Shown: positions 45,001 to 58,466, numbered from the stretch's first letter. The stretch: DNA of 64,000 nucleotides from Octopus vulgaris (GCA_951406725.2 OX597833.1:60822001-60886000); one strand, 5' to 3'. The notes: a model not told the origin generated them from the letters alone. A program made the numbers and translations.

Positions 45001-46440
45001 ACCATCCTGCTACCACATTCAGTTCGTCCTTTATTTGTTCTCTCTTTCTTTCTCTCTTTCTCCTTCAGACCCCAACAGAAATCACCGGCTGAACCAGTCA
45101 GGCAGTTTAACTGAGGTGGCGGTGGTGGCGGCGGCGGTGACGGTGGTGGCGGTGATGATGGTGGTGGTGGTGGTGGAAGAGGAGAGACCCAATTAGAGTT
45201 TCTCTTAACTGGCAAGGCTCAGCTCAGTTCAATATAAGCACAACGTTTAATTCCCAACTCCCAAAGGAGAACTTGAGTTGAAAAATAAATAAATAAATAA
45301 ATAAATAAAATAAATAAATAAAAATATTTCTTCCAGAATACTCTTAAAAAAAAGATAAAATAAAGAAATAAAATCAAAGAAAGGAAAAAGGGGGAAAAAA
45401 GCCCTCCACCCCACCCGAAAGTAACGTTAATTTTTGCCTTTCTCAAATAACGTAAATAAAAAAGCAAGAATACTTTCTAAATGAACTATGGTTATTGGTT
45501 TAATCAACTGAATAAATGTAAAAATAACCCCACTTCGCTTGCCATGCAAATGAGGTCGTTTTTGGACGTGTAAAAGAAGATAAAAAAGAAAATATTTCTT
45601 CTGAATTTTTTTTTTTTTTTAAGTCCCCCTCCCATCCTAGTTTAGATAAGATTTTAAAATGAATCGAAATTAAAAAAGATGTTCATGAAATTATTTTCTT
45701 TAATGTTTATTAATATTTAGTCTTTTGTCTTTATCGAAAATATATCATATAAATATTTTTATGAAAATACACTCACAAACACACACACAAATTTTATGTG
45801 GATTAATATTAGCGTTTAAATGTAGAAGGCGGTGCTCCAGCATGGCCGCAGTCCAACAGGGCCTGGAAACTAAAAAAGAAAAATATTTATTAGCGATGAA
45901 CGAAGTACTTGTGGGTCCGTTATTGTTTACCTCCCTTTGTTCGAAGACTGACCCAGCCTGTCCCACCACTACACTAGTCCGTCATACATGCTTGACCCAC
46001 CCTAAAAGAAACTTCTCGTTCCACTGTTTCGCTTGGAAATGAAACTAAGTCGGACATTCGGACGTTAAACGACGATGATATATAAATCAAAGTGTACAGT
46101 ATTATACATCCATTACGGCCGATCTTACCCGTTGGTTTTGCGACAGAGATTCAACAGTGTTGGGTTAAAGTCTGATTTCGAAACCCTGCACTCATCAAAG
46201 GTAGCTGTTATGGAAACAACAACAACAATATATATATATATAATTATTATTTGAGGGAATAAAATCCAAACGTTATTCTACCTATCATATACGTTTTTAT
46301 TATCATTTTTTTGCAATTTACTTTATCATTGGCATTTTATTGGTATTTTAATTTTAATATTTCTATTTTATGTAATTTTCTAGATGGTGTAATTTAATTG
46401 TTCATTTTGAATTGATAAAAGGTGTTTTTTTTCTAATGCT

Positions 46441-46478
<38 letters not shown>

Positions 46479-46692
46479 TACATATATTTATGTGTGTGTA
46501 AGTCTATGCCTTTTGGGTTTTCTGGATTCTAAAACACCTTATATTATTGTTATTATTATACATATGTACATATATAATCTGAATTATATAGTATTAAGTA
46601 TCTATCACAGCTGGCCTTTCCAATCGGATTGGCACAAAAAATACAATCGAGTGTCAGGCAATTATATCAGAAGAATATATATATATATATAT

Positions 46693-46925
46693 ATAGAAAA
46701 TTGAGAACAGATCAGATGGTTCATATTTGTAGATATTTATTTATATATTACATTTTTACATATATATCATACATTGATTAGCGCTTGCTCCTATTCTAGT
46801 GGGTTTTCAAAAACCCACTAGAATGGACAAGCAATCCGAATGATATGATATATATGTAAAAATGTAATATATAAATAAATATCTACAAATATGAACCATC
46901 TGATCTGATTACCTCAATTTTTCTA
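46693..46925. repeat. Near-perfect inverted repeat (about 115-bp arms, no real spacer) in (TA)n
   Basis: cagatcagatggttcatatttgtagatattt...attctagtgggttttc | aaaaacccactagaat...aaatatctacaaatatgaaccatctgatctg. Confidence 0.85.
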
Positions 46926-46959
46926 ATATATAATACCTGTACATCATCTCCAAACCTTC

Positions 46960-46993
<34 letters not shown>

Positions 46994-47308
46994 ATGGTCA
47001 GTGGGTCATGTATCTGAAAAAGGAGCATGCTCTAAAAGTTAGATGTCTGTTGGAGTCTGATAAAGTTGTCTGTAAAGCTAAGCACGTTATGGATGTGAAA
47101 GCATTGGTCACTCTATGACTGGCCATATAATTAACTTCCTATAAATATATATATATAGCTGTGTGGTAAAAAGCTTCCTTTCCAACCACATGGTTCTGGG
47201 TTCAGTCCCACTACATGACACCTTGGGCAAATATGTTCAACTATTGCCTTGGGCTGACCAAAATCTTGTGAGTGGATTTGGTAGCTGGAAACTGAAAGAA
47301 GCCTGTTG

Positions 47309-47414
<106 letters not shown>

Positions 47415-48289
47415 CATCTATATATGTGTGTGCGTGTTTTTGTGTCTATGGTTGTCTCCCCATCACTGCTTGACAACCAATATCAGTGTGTTTATGTCCC
47501 CATAACTTACCGGTTTGCTGCAAAAAGAACTCAATAGAATAAGTACTAGGCTTAAAAAATAAATCCTGGGATTTGATATGATTGAGTAAAGAACCCTTCA
47601 AGGTAGTGCTTCAGTACAGCTGCAGTCAAATGATGGAAACAAGTAAAAGAATACAAGAATATATGTGTGTGTACATCATCATCATCATCATCATTTAGTG
47701 TCCGCTTTCCATGCTAGCATGGGTTGGACGGTTCAACTGGGGTCTGGGAAGTCAGAAGGCTGCACCAGGCCCAGTCTGATCTGGCAATGTTTCTACGGCT
47801 GGATGCCCTTCCTAACGCCAACCACTCTGTGAGTGTAGTGGGTGCTTTTTACGTACCACCAGCACAGGTGCCAGACGGGGCTGGCAAACGGTCACAGTCG
47901 GATGGTGCCACCGGTACGGGGGCCAGGCAAGGCTGGCATATATATATATATCATAGATAGATAGATAGATAGATACAACAGGCTTCTTTCAGTTTCCAGC
48001 CACCAAATCCACTCACAAGATTTTGGTCAGCCCAAGACAATAGTAGAAGGCACTAATTTCCAATAAAAAGTGACTCCAACTATGGCAAGTCATCCAGCTT
48101 GTGCTAGAATAGAAAGAGAACATAAAATGATGTTACTGATGTGTGTGTGTATGCATGTTTCCTCTGATCTACTGACCATGTTCTTATGTCTTATGCTTAC
48201 CTTCTTGTAGCTTGAAAATTTGCTCTGGCACCCAATCAATTCAATCTTTATTTTCTCTATTTTCTTTATTTACTCACTATAATATGATA

Positions 48290-48602
48290 TAAATCTCTCG
48301 TGGAAGCGTCATCCAACCAAAATGCAAATATATGGGAAACTACCACCTGTGTCATCTCTTGTGAAAGGTAGGAGAGTCCAGTTTGCTGGACATTGTTGTA
48401 GAGCTGAAAATGAGGCAATTTCTACTCTTCTCCCCTGGAAGCCATCTACTCGCAATACCAGAGGGCGCACACTCTCCTACCCTGATGTAATCTCCAGGAA
48501 CAGGACCAGCAACAGGACCTCCGTAATGCCATGAGGGACCGTGAAGTCTGGCGTAGCATGGTAAATTCCATTGTCTTGACCACGGTTGAACAATGATGAT
48601 GA
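48290..48602 (+). mobile_element. 3' fragment of an RTE-type LINE with (TGA)n tail
   Basis: SWKRHPTKMQIYGKLPPVSS..RRVQFAGHCCRA..LLPWKP..RGR..YPD. Short copies of the same tail at 12970-13083 (+) and 48620-48738 (-). Confidence 0.8.
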
Positions 48603-50830
48603 AGATAAACCTTTCCACTATCATCATCACTGTTCGACCGTGGTCGAGACAATGGAATTTACTATGTTTTACTCCAGACTTCACGGTCCATCATAGCATT
48701 ACGGAGGTCCTGTTGCTGGATGCCTGTACCCCTGGAGATACAGGCATCCACTATAGGCACAAGGCCTGAACTGTTATGGTGTGGGGAGGGTTAGTTGATC
48801 CCATTGACCCCAATACTTGACCGGTACTTATTTCAGAGACCCTGAAATGAGGAAAGGCAAAGACAAGGTTTGAACTCAGAATGTAAATGTAGATGAGATA
48901 CTGCTAAGCATTTTGTTTAGCACATTAATGATTCTGCCAGCTTGCCACCTTAACTCCAAACAAACCAAATACAACTGTCCTCAGACAAGGACAGTGGGTT
49001 AATATGGGTTTGCTGATGGTGGAGTATGAAAGGGGCATGTGAGGAAATTAAGAAAGCCAGGGGTTAGTGAGAAAGAGAGAGAGAGAGAGAGATTATAAGT
49101 GTGTTGGTATGGATTGTTTTGGATGATCTGGTGGTATCACCCTTATTATATGGGTGTATACAGGTGGAAGGTGTGGGAGGAAGAGGACATAAGGAGAGAA
49201 AGTGATGTGGTCGATTAGGATCCAGAGAAACTGTGGGAGAAATGAGACAATGTTGAGGTGGTAGAGAAGATATGGGGCCAGTGGTGGTGGTGGTGGGGGG
49301 GGAGGACAGTGAGAGAAAGTGAAGCAGAGGTGGGTAGAGCACAGTGGATATATTATTTTGCAGTTCAGTACTAAATGATCGATGGGTTGATAATGGTCTG
49401 CAATCTGGTTGTTAGAGGCTCCTGGTCTAAATGAGATTTTTTTTTATTGTTATACTTGTTTCTGTCGTTAGACTGTGGCTATGCTGGAGAACCACCTTGA
49501 GGAGTCAATCTTGTTTTACAGTAATTATTTTGAAGCTCAGCACTTATTATATTGGTCTCTTTTGGTGAACTGCTAAGTTATGGAGATGTAAACAAACCAA
49601 CGCTGGTTGTCAAGTAGTGGTGGGGGACAAACACTGACACAAACATATATACATCATCATCATTGTTTAACGTCTGCTTTCCATGCTAGCATGGGTTGGA
49701 CGGTTTGACTGAGGACTGGTGAGCCAGAGGCTGCACCAGGCTCAATCTGATCATACATATATATATAATATACACAACAGGCTTCTTTCAGTTTCCTTCT
49801 ATCAAATCCACTCACAAGACATTGGTTAGCCCAAGGCTATAGTAGAAGACACCTGCCAAAAGGGACATGTAGTGGGACTGATCCCAGAAACATGTGGTTG
49901 GGAAGCAAACTTCTTATCACACAGCCATTCTTGCACCTATGATGCTGGTATCAAGTTTACAAATCACACAATATCAGGCCCTTGTGCTATTATATGGTTC
50001 CCTTACAAAAAGAAAGCTCACATCAAAGAACAACATAGTGACACAAGTTTGTTTTTTTCACCTGAATTGGCTCTGCTTTATTTAACGTTATCAGGAAGAG
50101 AAAAAAATGCATATTGTAAGATTTAAATATTTCCTGGACAAATTCTGCCAAGAAGTACCAGACAAACCATTCACATCCTGATACATTTTGGTCAACAATT
50201 TCCTACTGCATTGGGGCAGGGTTTCCTAAAAACATGATATAGAAGACTTCACCAGGTGATGGTATGGACAGTCAAAATCTATTTAAATTGACTAATACAC
50301 ACACACATATATATATATGTGCCAGTGGCATGTAAAAAGCACCCACTTCACTCATGGAGTGGTTGGTGTTAGGAAGGGCATCCAGCTGTAGAAACCTTAC
50401 CAGATCAGATAGGAGCCTGGTGCAGCCTCCTGGCTTCCCAGACCCCGGTCAAACCGTCCAACCCATGCTAGCATGGAAAACAGATGTTAAACGACGACGA
50501 TGGTGATGATGATGATGATGATGATATATACTCTCATACATTTTTACCCATGCAGGCATGGAAAGTAGATGCTAAAACAATGTTATAAAAAAGACAATGG
50601 TTTATATATATTTTGTTGCATATATGTGTGTGCATATATAATTCCGCCAAGGTCAACTTTGCAAATTCCACCGAGGTTGACTTTGCCTTTCATCCTTTTG
50701 GGGTCGATAAATTAAGTACCAGTTACACACTGGGGTCGACATAATCGACTTAATACTTTGTCCTTGTTTGTCCCCTCTATGTTTAGCCCCTTGTGGGCAA
50801 TAAAGAAATATATATGTGTGTGCATATGTA

Positions 50831-52740
50831 CAGGACTGGAAACATTATTAAGGATTTTCAGAAAACACTATATATTTTGCTTGTTTGGTTATTTAAATGA
50901 GACAAATGAGTTTGAATCATATTAAATTTCACACAATTACAACTGTATATTCTGCGACTTTGATTTTAGTTATGGCTTATATGGGTTTCTAGTGACATCT
51001 GGAAGTAATGAGCTCCTGTTGTGTGGCAACACTAAATTGCATTATGTGGCCCAGCTGCTGCAGCCCACGTTTCCTTCAGTTTTAGTCAAGTAGTGGTCAG
51101 CGTAGAGTGCTTGTTTGTGTTCTAATGACTTTCTAGTTACTCTGTGTTGTAATAGTTACTAATTCATGTAGTAAATTGCACTTAAAGTGTAAATAAGTAT
51201 TGTTTCAAATCCAAGCCGAGACGGGTAAACAAAGAGATTTAAGGGTATCATGAAAGGCCTGGTTGGAGGCTCAACCTTCCGAGTTCTTTTTACAGGGCTT
51301 AGAAGAGCTGAAGGACCGCTTCAATAAGTGTATTTGAGGGATACCTCATTTAAACAGAGAGAAGTTGCAAAGAAACTAAATGTTTCAACTCAGACAATTA
51401 GAGCAATTAAGAAAAAAAAAAAAATGGAAAAGAACGAGGATTTGATGGCAAAAAGGATTAGTAACTTGTGGTAGGAAATGAGTAACAACCCATAGAAAAA
51501 TAAAAAGAACTCCTCTCAACAAAAGAAGAGCATCTTGAAGTAAGATTTCTTGTGAATTAATGGAAGAGAACATCACTGTGCATCGAAGAACAGACTTTCG
51601 GAAGGTGGATTACATGCATATCATCCAAGGAAAAAACCCAGGCTTACCCCGACGATGAAAGCGGCACACCATGCATGGGCTAAAAATTGTATTGCATGAA
51701 CTTCTGAGCAACGGGAGCAGATAAGACTATCTAAAATAGTGGATTAGAGTCTTTATATATTGTATCAATGATAAAATATGATATTATTCTTTTCTACTCT
51801 AGGCACAAGGCCCAAAATTGTTGGAGGGGGCCAGTCGATCAGATCAACCCCAGTACGTAACTGGTAGTTGATTTATTGACCCCATAAGGATGAAAGGCAA
51901 AGCTGACCTTGGTGGAATTTGAACTCAGAACAGAAAGACAGACGAAATACTGCTAAGCATTTTGCCCAGCGTGCTAACATTTCTGCCAGCTTGCCGCCTT
52001 AAAATACGATATTATTAATGAAATAAGATGTTACCATTGATTTCAGTAATCAAACCATCTTTATAAGGGATTATTTGTAAAGAGCTATAAATTTCTGATT
52101 GTCATAAACTGAAACAATAACTTTTTCTGGATATCCTATTAATCAAATATGGTTTTCAATTGTTGCAGGTGGGGTTTTCGGATGAATCCACCATAGCAGT
52201 GCTTGGTGATTGGGTGCAAAGCATGAGAAGGAGGCCTGGTGAGGAATTTTGTCTTCAAAAAACACTAAAATTTCCACAGAAGATTATGGTTTGGGGGTGG
52301 CAATTTCTGCTCATGGAACTAGTCACCTAAAAATAATTGAAGGTTCTATGAACCAAGGGACCTACATAGAGGTACTTAGAAGTAGACTAATACCACAAGT
52401 ATGGAAATGGTATGGAGAGAGGCCTTAGATATTCCAACAGGACTTGGTACCATGACATACGGCAAAATCAGTGAAGACATGGTTCGCTGAAAATGTTGTT
52501 AATGTACTTCTATGGCCAGGAAATTCACCAGACATGAACCCAATTGAGAGCCTATGGTGTAAGTTGAAAGATGAAAAACATCAATTCCCTATTACAACCA
52601 AATACCACCTTATTTAGAACCTCATATAAGTTATGTTCGATTCGGACAGAATCAAGGATTTGTGCAGAATACTAGTTTGTAGCATGCTACGATGTGTACA
52701 ATCCCTTAATTCTGCTAAAGGAAGGCAAACTGACTATTGA
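50831..52740 (+). mobile_element. Decayed Tc1 (DD34E) transposon with a two-exon transposase pseudogene
   Basis: TA|CAGG putative left end. HTH region FKQREVAKKLNVS, CGRK and RKKPRLTP...AWAK, then VGFSDES, IMVWG, IFQQD-x34-E (WPGNSPDMNPIESLW), ending KGRQTDY* at 52740. Several stops; right TIR not seen. Confidence 0.9.
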
Positions 52741-53415
52741 AACACTAGTTCTGTGTAAATAATAGGAAATAAATCATCTGCCAATGCATAAATTCAGTTT
52801 ATGCAAGATGGTCTTGGCTTAACAGCCCTCATCATTTGTTTTTACTGTGTTATTCTCCTTGTCCTGTCATTTATTGTTTTTATTTGTATTGTTTTTACTG
52901 TCCTGTTCTTGTTACCACTTTTACCCCTCCTCAAAAAATCCTAAATTTATTTAATTTGCTTTGCGGGAAGGACTGTTTCAACAAAGTCGTGTCTTGTCCT
53001 TACCTTCACAACGCGGAGTAGACGAAACAGGAACTACTGAAGAAGAGGAATATTCCTTGTGTTGTATGTCTTCTACTCTGTTTTTTCATTGTTTGAAAAA
53101 AAGTTTGTTTCTATGTTTTTGTTTTTATGTTTTCATTTCTCACTGGGTCCAACGTTTTTTTGGTGTCCTGTACCCATATATGCATGTATATAGACATATA
53201 GATGTAGGTATGTACATATATGTATATATGCATATGTTTATATATTATTTATGTTGTTATATATATATATATATATGTAGATATATACATATATATATAT
53301 GTAAATATGTATATATATAATGTGACACTTGCCCAAGGTCCCACTGCATAGCACCTTGGGCCAACCAAAGCCTTGTGAGTGGATTTGGTAGAAGGAAACT
53401 GAAAGAAGCCCGTCG

Positions 53416-53446
<31 letters not shown>

Positions 53447-53542
53447 TCATCATCGTTTAACGTCCGCTTTCCATGCTAGCATGGGTTGGACGTTCAACTG
53501 GGGTCTGGGAAGCCCGAAGGCTGCACCAGGCCAGTCAGATCT

Positions 53543-53599
<57 letters not shown>

Positions 53600-53794
53600 T
53601 TGTGTTTCTCCCCACCACCATCGCTTGACAACCGATGTTGGTGTGTGCACGTCCCCATAACTTAGCAGTTTGGCCTTAAGAGACTGATAGAATAAGTATT
53701 AGGCTTACAAAGAATAAGTCCCGGAGTCGATTTGCTCGACTAAAGGCTGTGCTCCAGCATGGCTGCAGTCAAATGACCGAAATAAATAAAAGAA

Positions 53795-54384
53795 GAGATA
53801 TATATATATATATTTATACATGCATATATATATTTATACACGAATATATATAAATTTATACATGAATATATATATACATATATATTCATATATACATATA
53901 CATATATTTATATATACAGATAGATATATATTTATATATACACATACATATATATTTATATATACAGATACATATATATTTATATATATATTTATATATA
54001 CATATACATATATATATTTATATATACATATACATATATATATATTATATTTATATATACATATATATATACATACATATATTTATATATACATATACAT
54101 ATATTTATATATACATATATATATACATACATATACATATATATATATATATATATACATACATATACATATATATATATATATACATACATATACATAC
54201 ATATATATATATATACATACATATATATATACATATATATATATATACATACATATATATACACATATATACATACACATATATACATACATATATGTAC
54301 ACATACATACATATATACATACACATATATTTATATACATACATATATATATATACATACGTACATATACACATACACACACAC

Positions 54385-54420
<36 letters not shown>

Positions 54421-54660
54421 ATGTGTATATGTACGTATGTATATATATATATATATGTATGTATAAATATGTGTATGTATATATGTATGTATGTGTACAT
54501 ATATGTATGTATATATGTGTATATATATGTATGTATATATATATATATATGTATATATATATGTATGTATGTATATATATATATATATGTATGTATATGT
54601 ATATATATATATACATACATACATATATTTGTGTGTGTGTGTGTGTATAAAATGTATATA
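53795..54660. repeat. (TA/CA)n field containing an inverted duplication
   Basis: Direct reading; palindrome centred near 54394. Confidence 0.93.
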
Positions 54661-54679
54661 TGAGAATGAAAACGGGTAA

Positions 54680-55150
54680 TACCAGCTGTTGGCAATGCGC
54701 GCCGCTCCCTTAAACAGATGTTTACTTAACGAAAGAAGAAATAAAGATGAGCAGCCAGCTTCTCCCTCCCCGACTGCCGCCAAGTCCTTCTTCTTCTGGC
54801 CACGCTGCCCCCATCGCCATCGCCATCATCGTCGTCTTCAACATCCTTTTTTTCACGATGACAACTCACGCTGCCATTGAATTCGCCTCGATCCCGGACC
54901 TGCGAACCGTTTCGCTTTCGTGAGCTCTGCTGCTTGCGCATAGATAATGCTCGTTTCCCGGCCTCTCGCGCTCGCTCTCTCTCTCTCTCTCGCTCGCTCG
55001 CTCTCGCACTGCATGATGGGAAGCGGCAGCGCGTCCAGATGTTCCAACATGGCGAAGGCTAGATTTAGACGTGTTGTTGTTGTTGTTACCTCTACGTAAA
55101 GGAGACGACACTCCGTTTTTTTTACTTCTCCGCCAAACTTTACAGCCTCA
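54680..55150 (+). promoter_or_regulatory. CpG-rich promoter / 5' region of the Plexus/GSE1-like gene
   Basis: Abrupt rise in GC and CpG relative to AT-rich flanks; (CT)n/(CGCT)n tract; YY1-type CAACATGGCG at 55045-55054; about 1.1 kb upstream of the ATG. Confidence 0.6.
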
Positions 55151-55311
55151 CTGTCCCTTCACCTTCACACTCACGTATATATTTATATATGTGCGTGTGT
55201 TCTAGCTTGTTAATTCACCCCCGCCAAAACAACAGGATGACTTATAATAAGCCTTGAAATATCTTCTACACCAAATCCTGCCAGAATGTGTTTAGGCGGC
55301 CTTTGAATGAC

Positions 55312-55345
<34 letters not shown>

Positions 55346-56168
55346 AGAGAGCTTCAGCTTAAAAAGCTTCTTAAAGCAAGGCGGCCGCCCCACCACCCGA
55401 TACACGACGACGAAGACGAATACGAAGAAGAAGAGGAGTGAGTCGGCCAGCCAGTGAGAGCAGTGTCGGACAACAAAAGAGTCAGCCAGGAGGACTTGCA
55501 TGAGGAGGAGCATTCATGGTAAATGGTCGTTGTTTTAAGGCAGAGGCAATGCCTGTTCTACTGGACTGGGACAAAGTCCTGTTATTATTATTATTACTAC
55601 CATCACCACCATCGTCATCATCATCTTCATCATCCGACGTTCACCCCATCAACCATAATGTGAACAAAAAGAAAATATCAATAATATAAAGAAGACACAC
55701 ACACATATATATATATATATATACACTGCTGAAGAATTACAAATTTTTTTCAAAGTTCGGGCTTTTTCTTTGTGGCTGTCTTTCTTCCTTCCTTCATCCA
55801 TTTTTGTTTTCCTCTCTTCTTTCTCTCTGCTTTCTCTTTGTTGTCATCCTTTTTTTTTTGCTTCTTCTCTCTTCTCTCTCTCTCTCTCTCTCCCTGTTTT
55901 TCATATTGAATTCAATCACAGCCCACGTATCTTACTACATCCGACATCAACTCAGCACCCTTTAAATATTGTTTTGTGCTCAGCTTCTACAAAAAAAAAA
56001 AAAAACACTTCTGTTCATATATACACACACACACCACACACACATATACAACACATAAATATATGTATATATAATATACACACATACAAACAAATATATA
56101 TATATATCTCTTATGATAAATATATATATATATATATTGTACACACATATATAACATAACACAACACA

Positions 56169-58466
56169 ATGGGTAGCAGAACTGTTTGTTTTGTGTGTGG
56201 TAACCTCGGAGCTGATTCGGGTCGTATTTTGTATACGAAACCGCGCTTGGACAAGGGACCCTATTTCCCGTTTCTGGAGGACCACGAACCTCCCAAAGGA
56301 GCTCGACTGCTCGGTGCTGATGGCACAGTGGACAGCTGCAGAGTGTGCCACGCCTTCCTCACTCAGCAATGGGATACCTACGAACGTAATAAGACACCGA
56401 GCGTCAAGAGATTGTACTGGCTAAAACGTTCGGACAATGGCCAGTTCACTGGAGCGGAAATGCGACTACAAGGTGAGTACATCGCCCAAGTTATGGGCCT
56501 ACAATACAACCCAGGTTCTGTAGATTCTGGTTTTAATTCGTCCAGTCCCAATGTGACTAAATCCCGTTTGATTTCTTTAGCCGACCCTTACGCTGCCCTC
56601 GACACCCGAGGGGCCGCCGCTGATGTTGCTCTTGATTTATCGGTTCATAAAAACAATGGCCATAGTTCTTCTAGTAGTCGTGACTATCGTTCCAACAATA
56701 CGGACGAAGTGACCAATTTTGACCCGCATGCCAAAAGCAATAGTAGCAACGCCGCCACCACCGTCACTGATAAATGTCGTTCATCCTCCTCCTCATCATC
56801 ATCATCATCAGCCAAATATGTTTGCTTCACGTGCGGCGCCCTCCAACCGTGGATAACACGTCGGTTCATTTTCGCCTTCAGACAACCTTCGGGTGACCCG
56901 TATTTTCCCTTTTTGACCCGGTTCAGTACCCGAGCGGGCGCAGCACCCCTTTCCGACAAAGGCATCGCCGCCGTCTGCAACATATGCAGACGGACCCTTT
57001 ATCAACAATGGAAAGACCAAGAGATGGCCAACATTAGCATCGAAAACAGAACTTATAGAATCAACAAGGAGAAATATCCCGACACGAAAGACAATATCTG
57101 TATCAGTAGTAGTAGTATTAATGCAGGTGGTAGTAGTAGTAGTAGCAATAGTAGTCATGTCAGTGAAAAAACTTTGTCAGGCAGCAACACCACCACCACA
57201 ACTACTAGCAGTACAGCCAACAAAGAGATATGTTATCTGTGTGGTCAATTTATGTCACATTCTTCATCCCGCCTCCTGCATACGCTGACCAAAGACAGTA
57301 GGTCAAATATGATGCATTTCCCATTCATTAGAGACCTGCCCCGGCCAGAAGGAGCACATCCTCTAAATCCCGACGGCACAGTTATAGCTTGTCGTGTATG
57401 TGTTGACCACCTTGCTGCCCAGTGGCACATGTACGAGAGTCAGGGTGTCAAACTCTCCCAGAGACAGTTCACGCTTCCAATAAACCTCAACAGAGCTACT
57501 TATACATATCAGTCCAGTGATTCTTCCAGTTTCCCCACGTCTGAAGGGGACGTGAGTCAGCCGTTAAACATTCAAATCACCAGTGGTAGTCCTGTTCCCA
57601 CAGTGCCGACGGGCTCTCAGGGACTTCTTGCCATAGCCACTCCAATAACTTCTTCGTCCACTGCCCACAATAACGGCGAGGTTAGCAACCGTTCCAATGT
57701 TTCATCGGTGTACAGTAACCAGTTTCCGTCCTCCTCCTCTTCTACAATTGATGCCAGAAGAGTTCCTGTTGACATGAAACCGAATTTAGCTGCCCTTGAC
57801 AACAGCCTTAATATCAACAACAACAACAACAACAGTAGTAGTAGCAACACTATTACAGCCGCAACAATACCGCATCCTTTGCAATGTGTTAGTAGTTTGC
57901 CGAAAAAAGTCTGTTTTCTGTGTGGAGAAAGCTGTCTTGTTGCCAACATGCATGTCTTGTGTTCTTATCCCGCCAGACACGATGCTAAAGTTCCAAATGG
58001 ACAGACCAACCCATTTTTCCCATTCTTAGCCAATCGTGACCCTGCTCAAGGTGCTGAGACCATGAGTGATGAAGGAACAGTGATGTCCTGTCAATATTGT
58101 TACCACATGCTATTAAAACAGTGGAAAGATTATGAAAACTGTAAAACCCCAGGGACCAGTAACCGATGGTTAAGAAAATATGTTCTCAAGAATTTCACTT
58201 GTTACGTTTGCAGTAGAACGGCCGAGCGGAAAAAGATCTGTACTTTACAAGTTCCCAAGTTTCCTTTCCTCAAAGATCACAAAGTACCCCAGGGTGCACT
58301 GGTGATGGATAGCGGAGAGAGTGTTGTTGTCTGCAAAGGATGCTCTCGTAGTTTGCACCGACAATTCACTGAATTTGAGCGAATGGGTCTTCGTCTAGAA
58401 CTACGGAAATACAACTGGATTCAGCCACCTGGTGGCGATGACTCTATGGATGAACAACATAGTCAG
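56169..58466 (+). CDS. GSE1: First large coding exon of a Plexus/GSE1-like nuclear protein with five Cys-rich repeat modules; gene continues beyond the window
   Basis: 766 open codons, good Kozak (acaATGG), donor CAG|gtaaga at 58467. Five repeats of C-x2-C...FPF[LI]...GA...C-x2-C...Q[WF], recalled from Drosophila Plexus and invertebrate GSE1-like proteins. Family name from memory; the ORF-track extension to 58667 is intron read-through. Confidence 0.85.
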
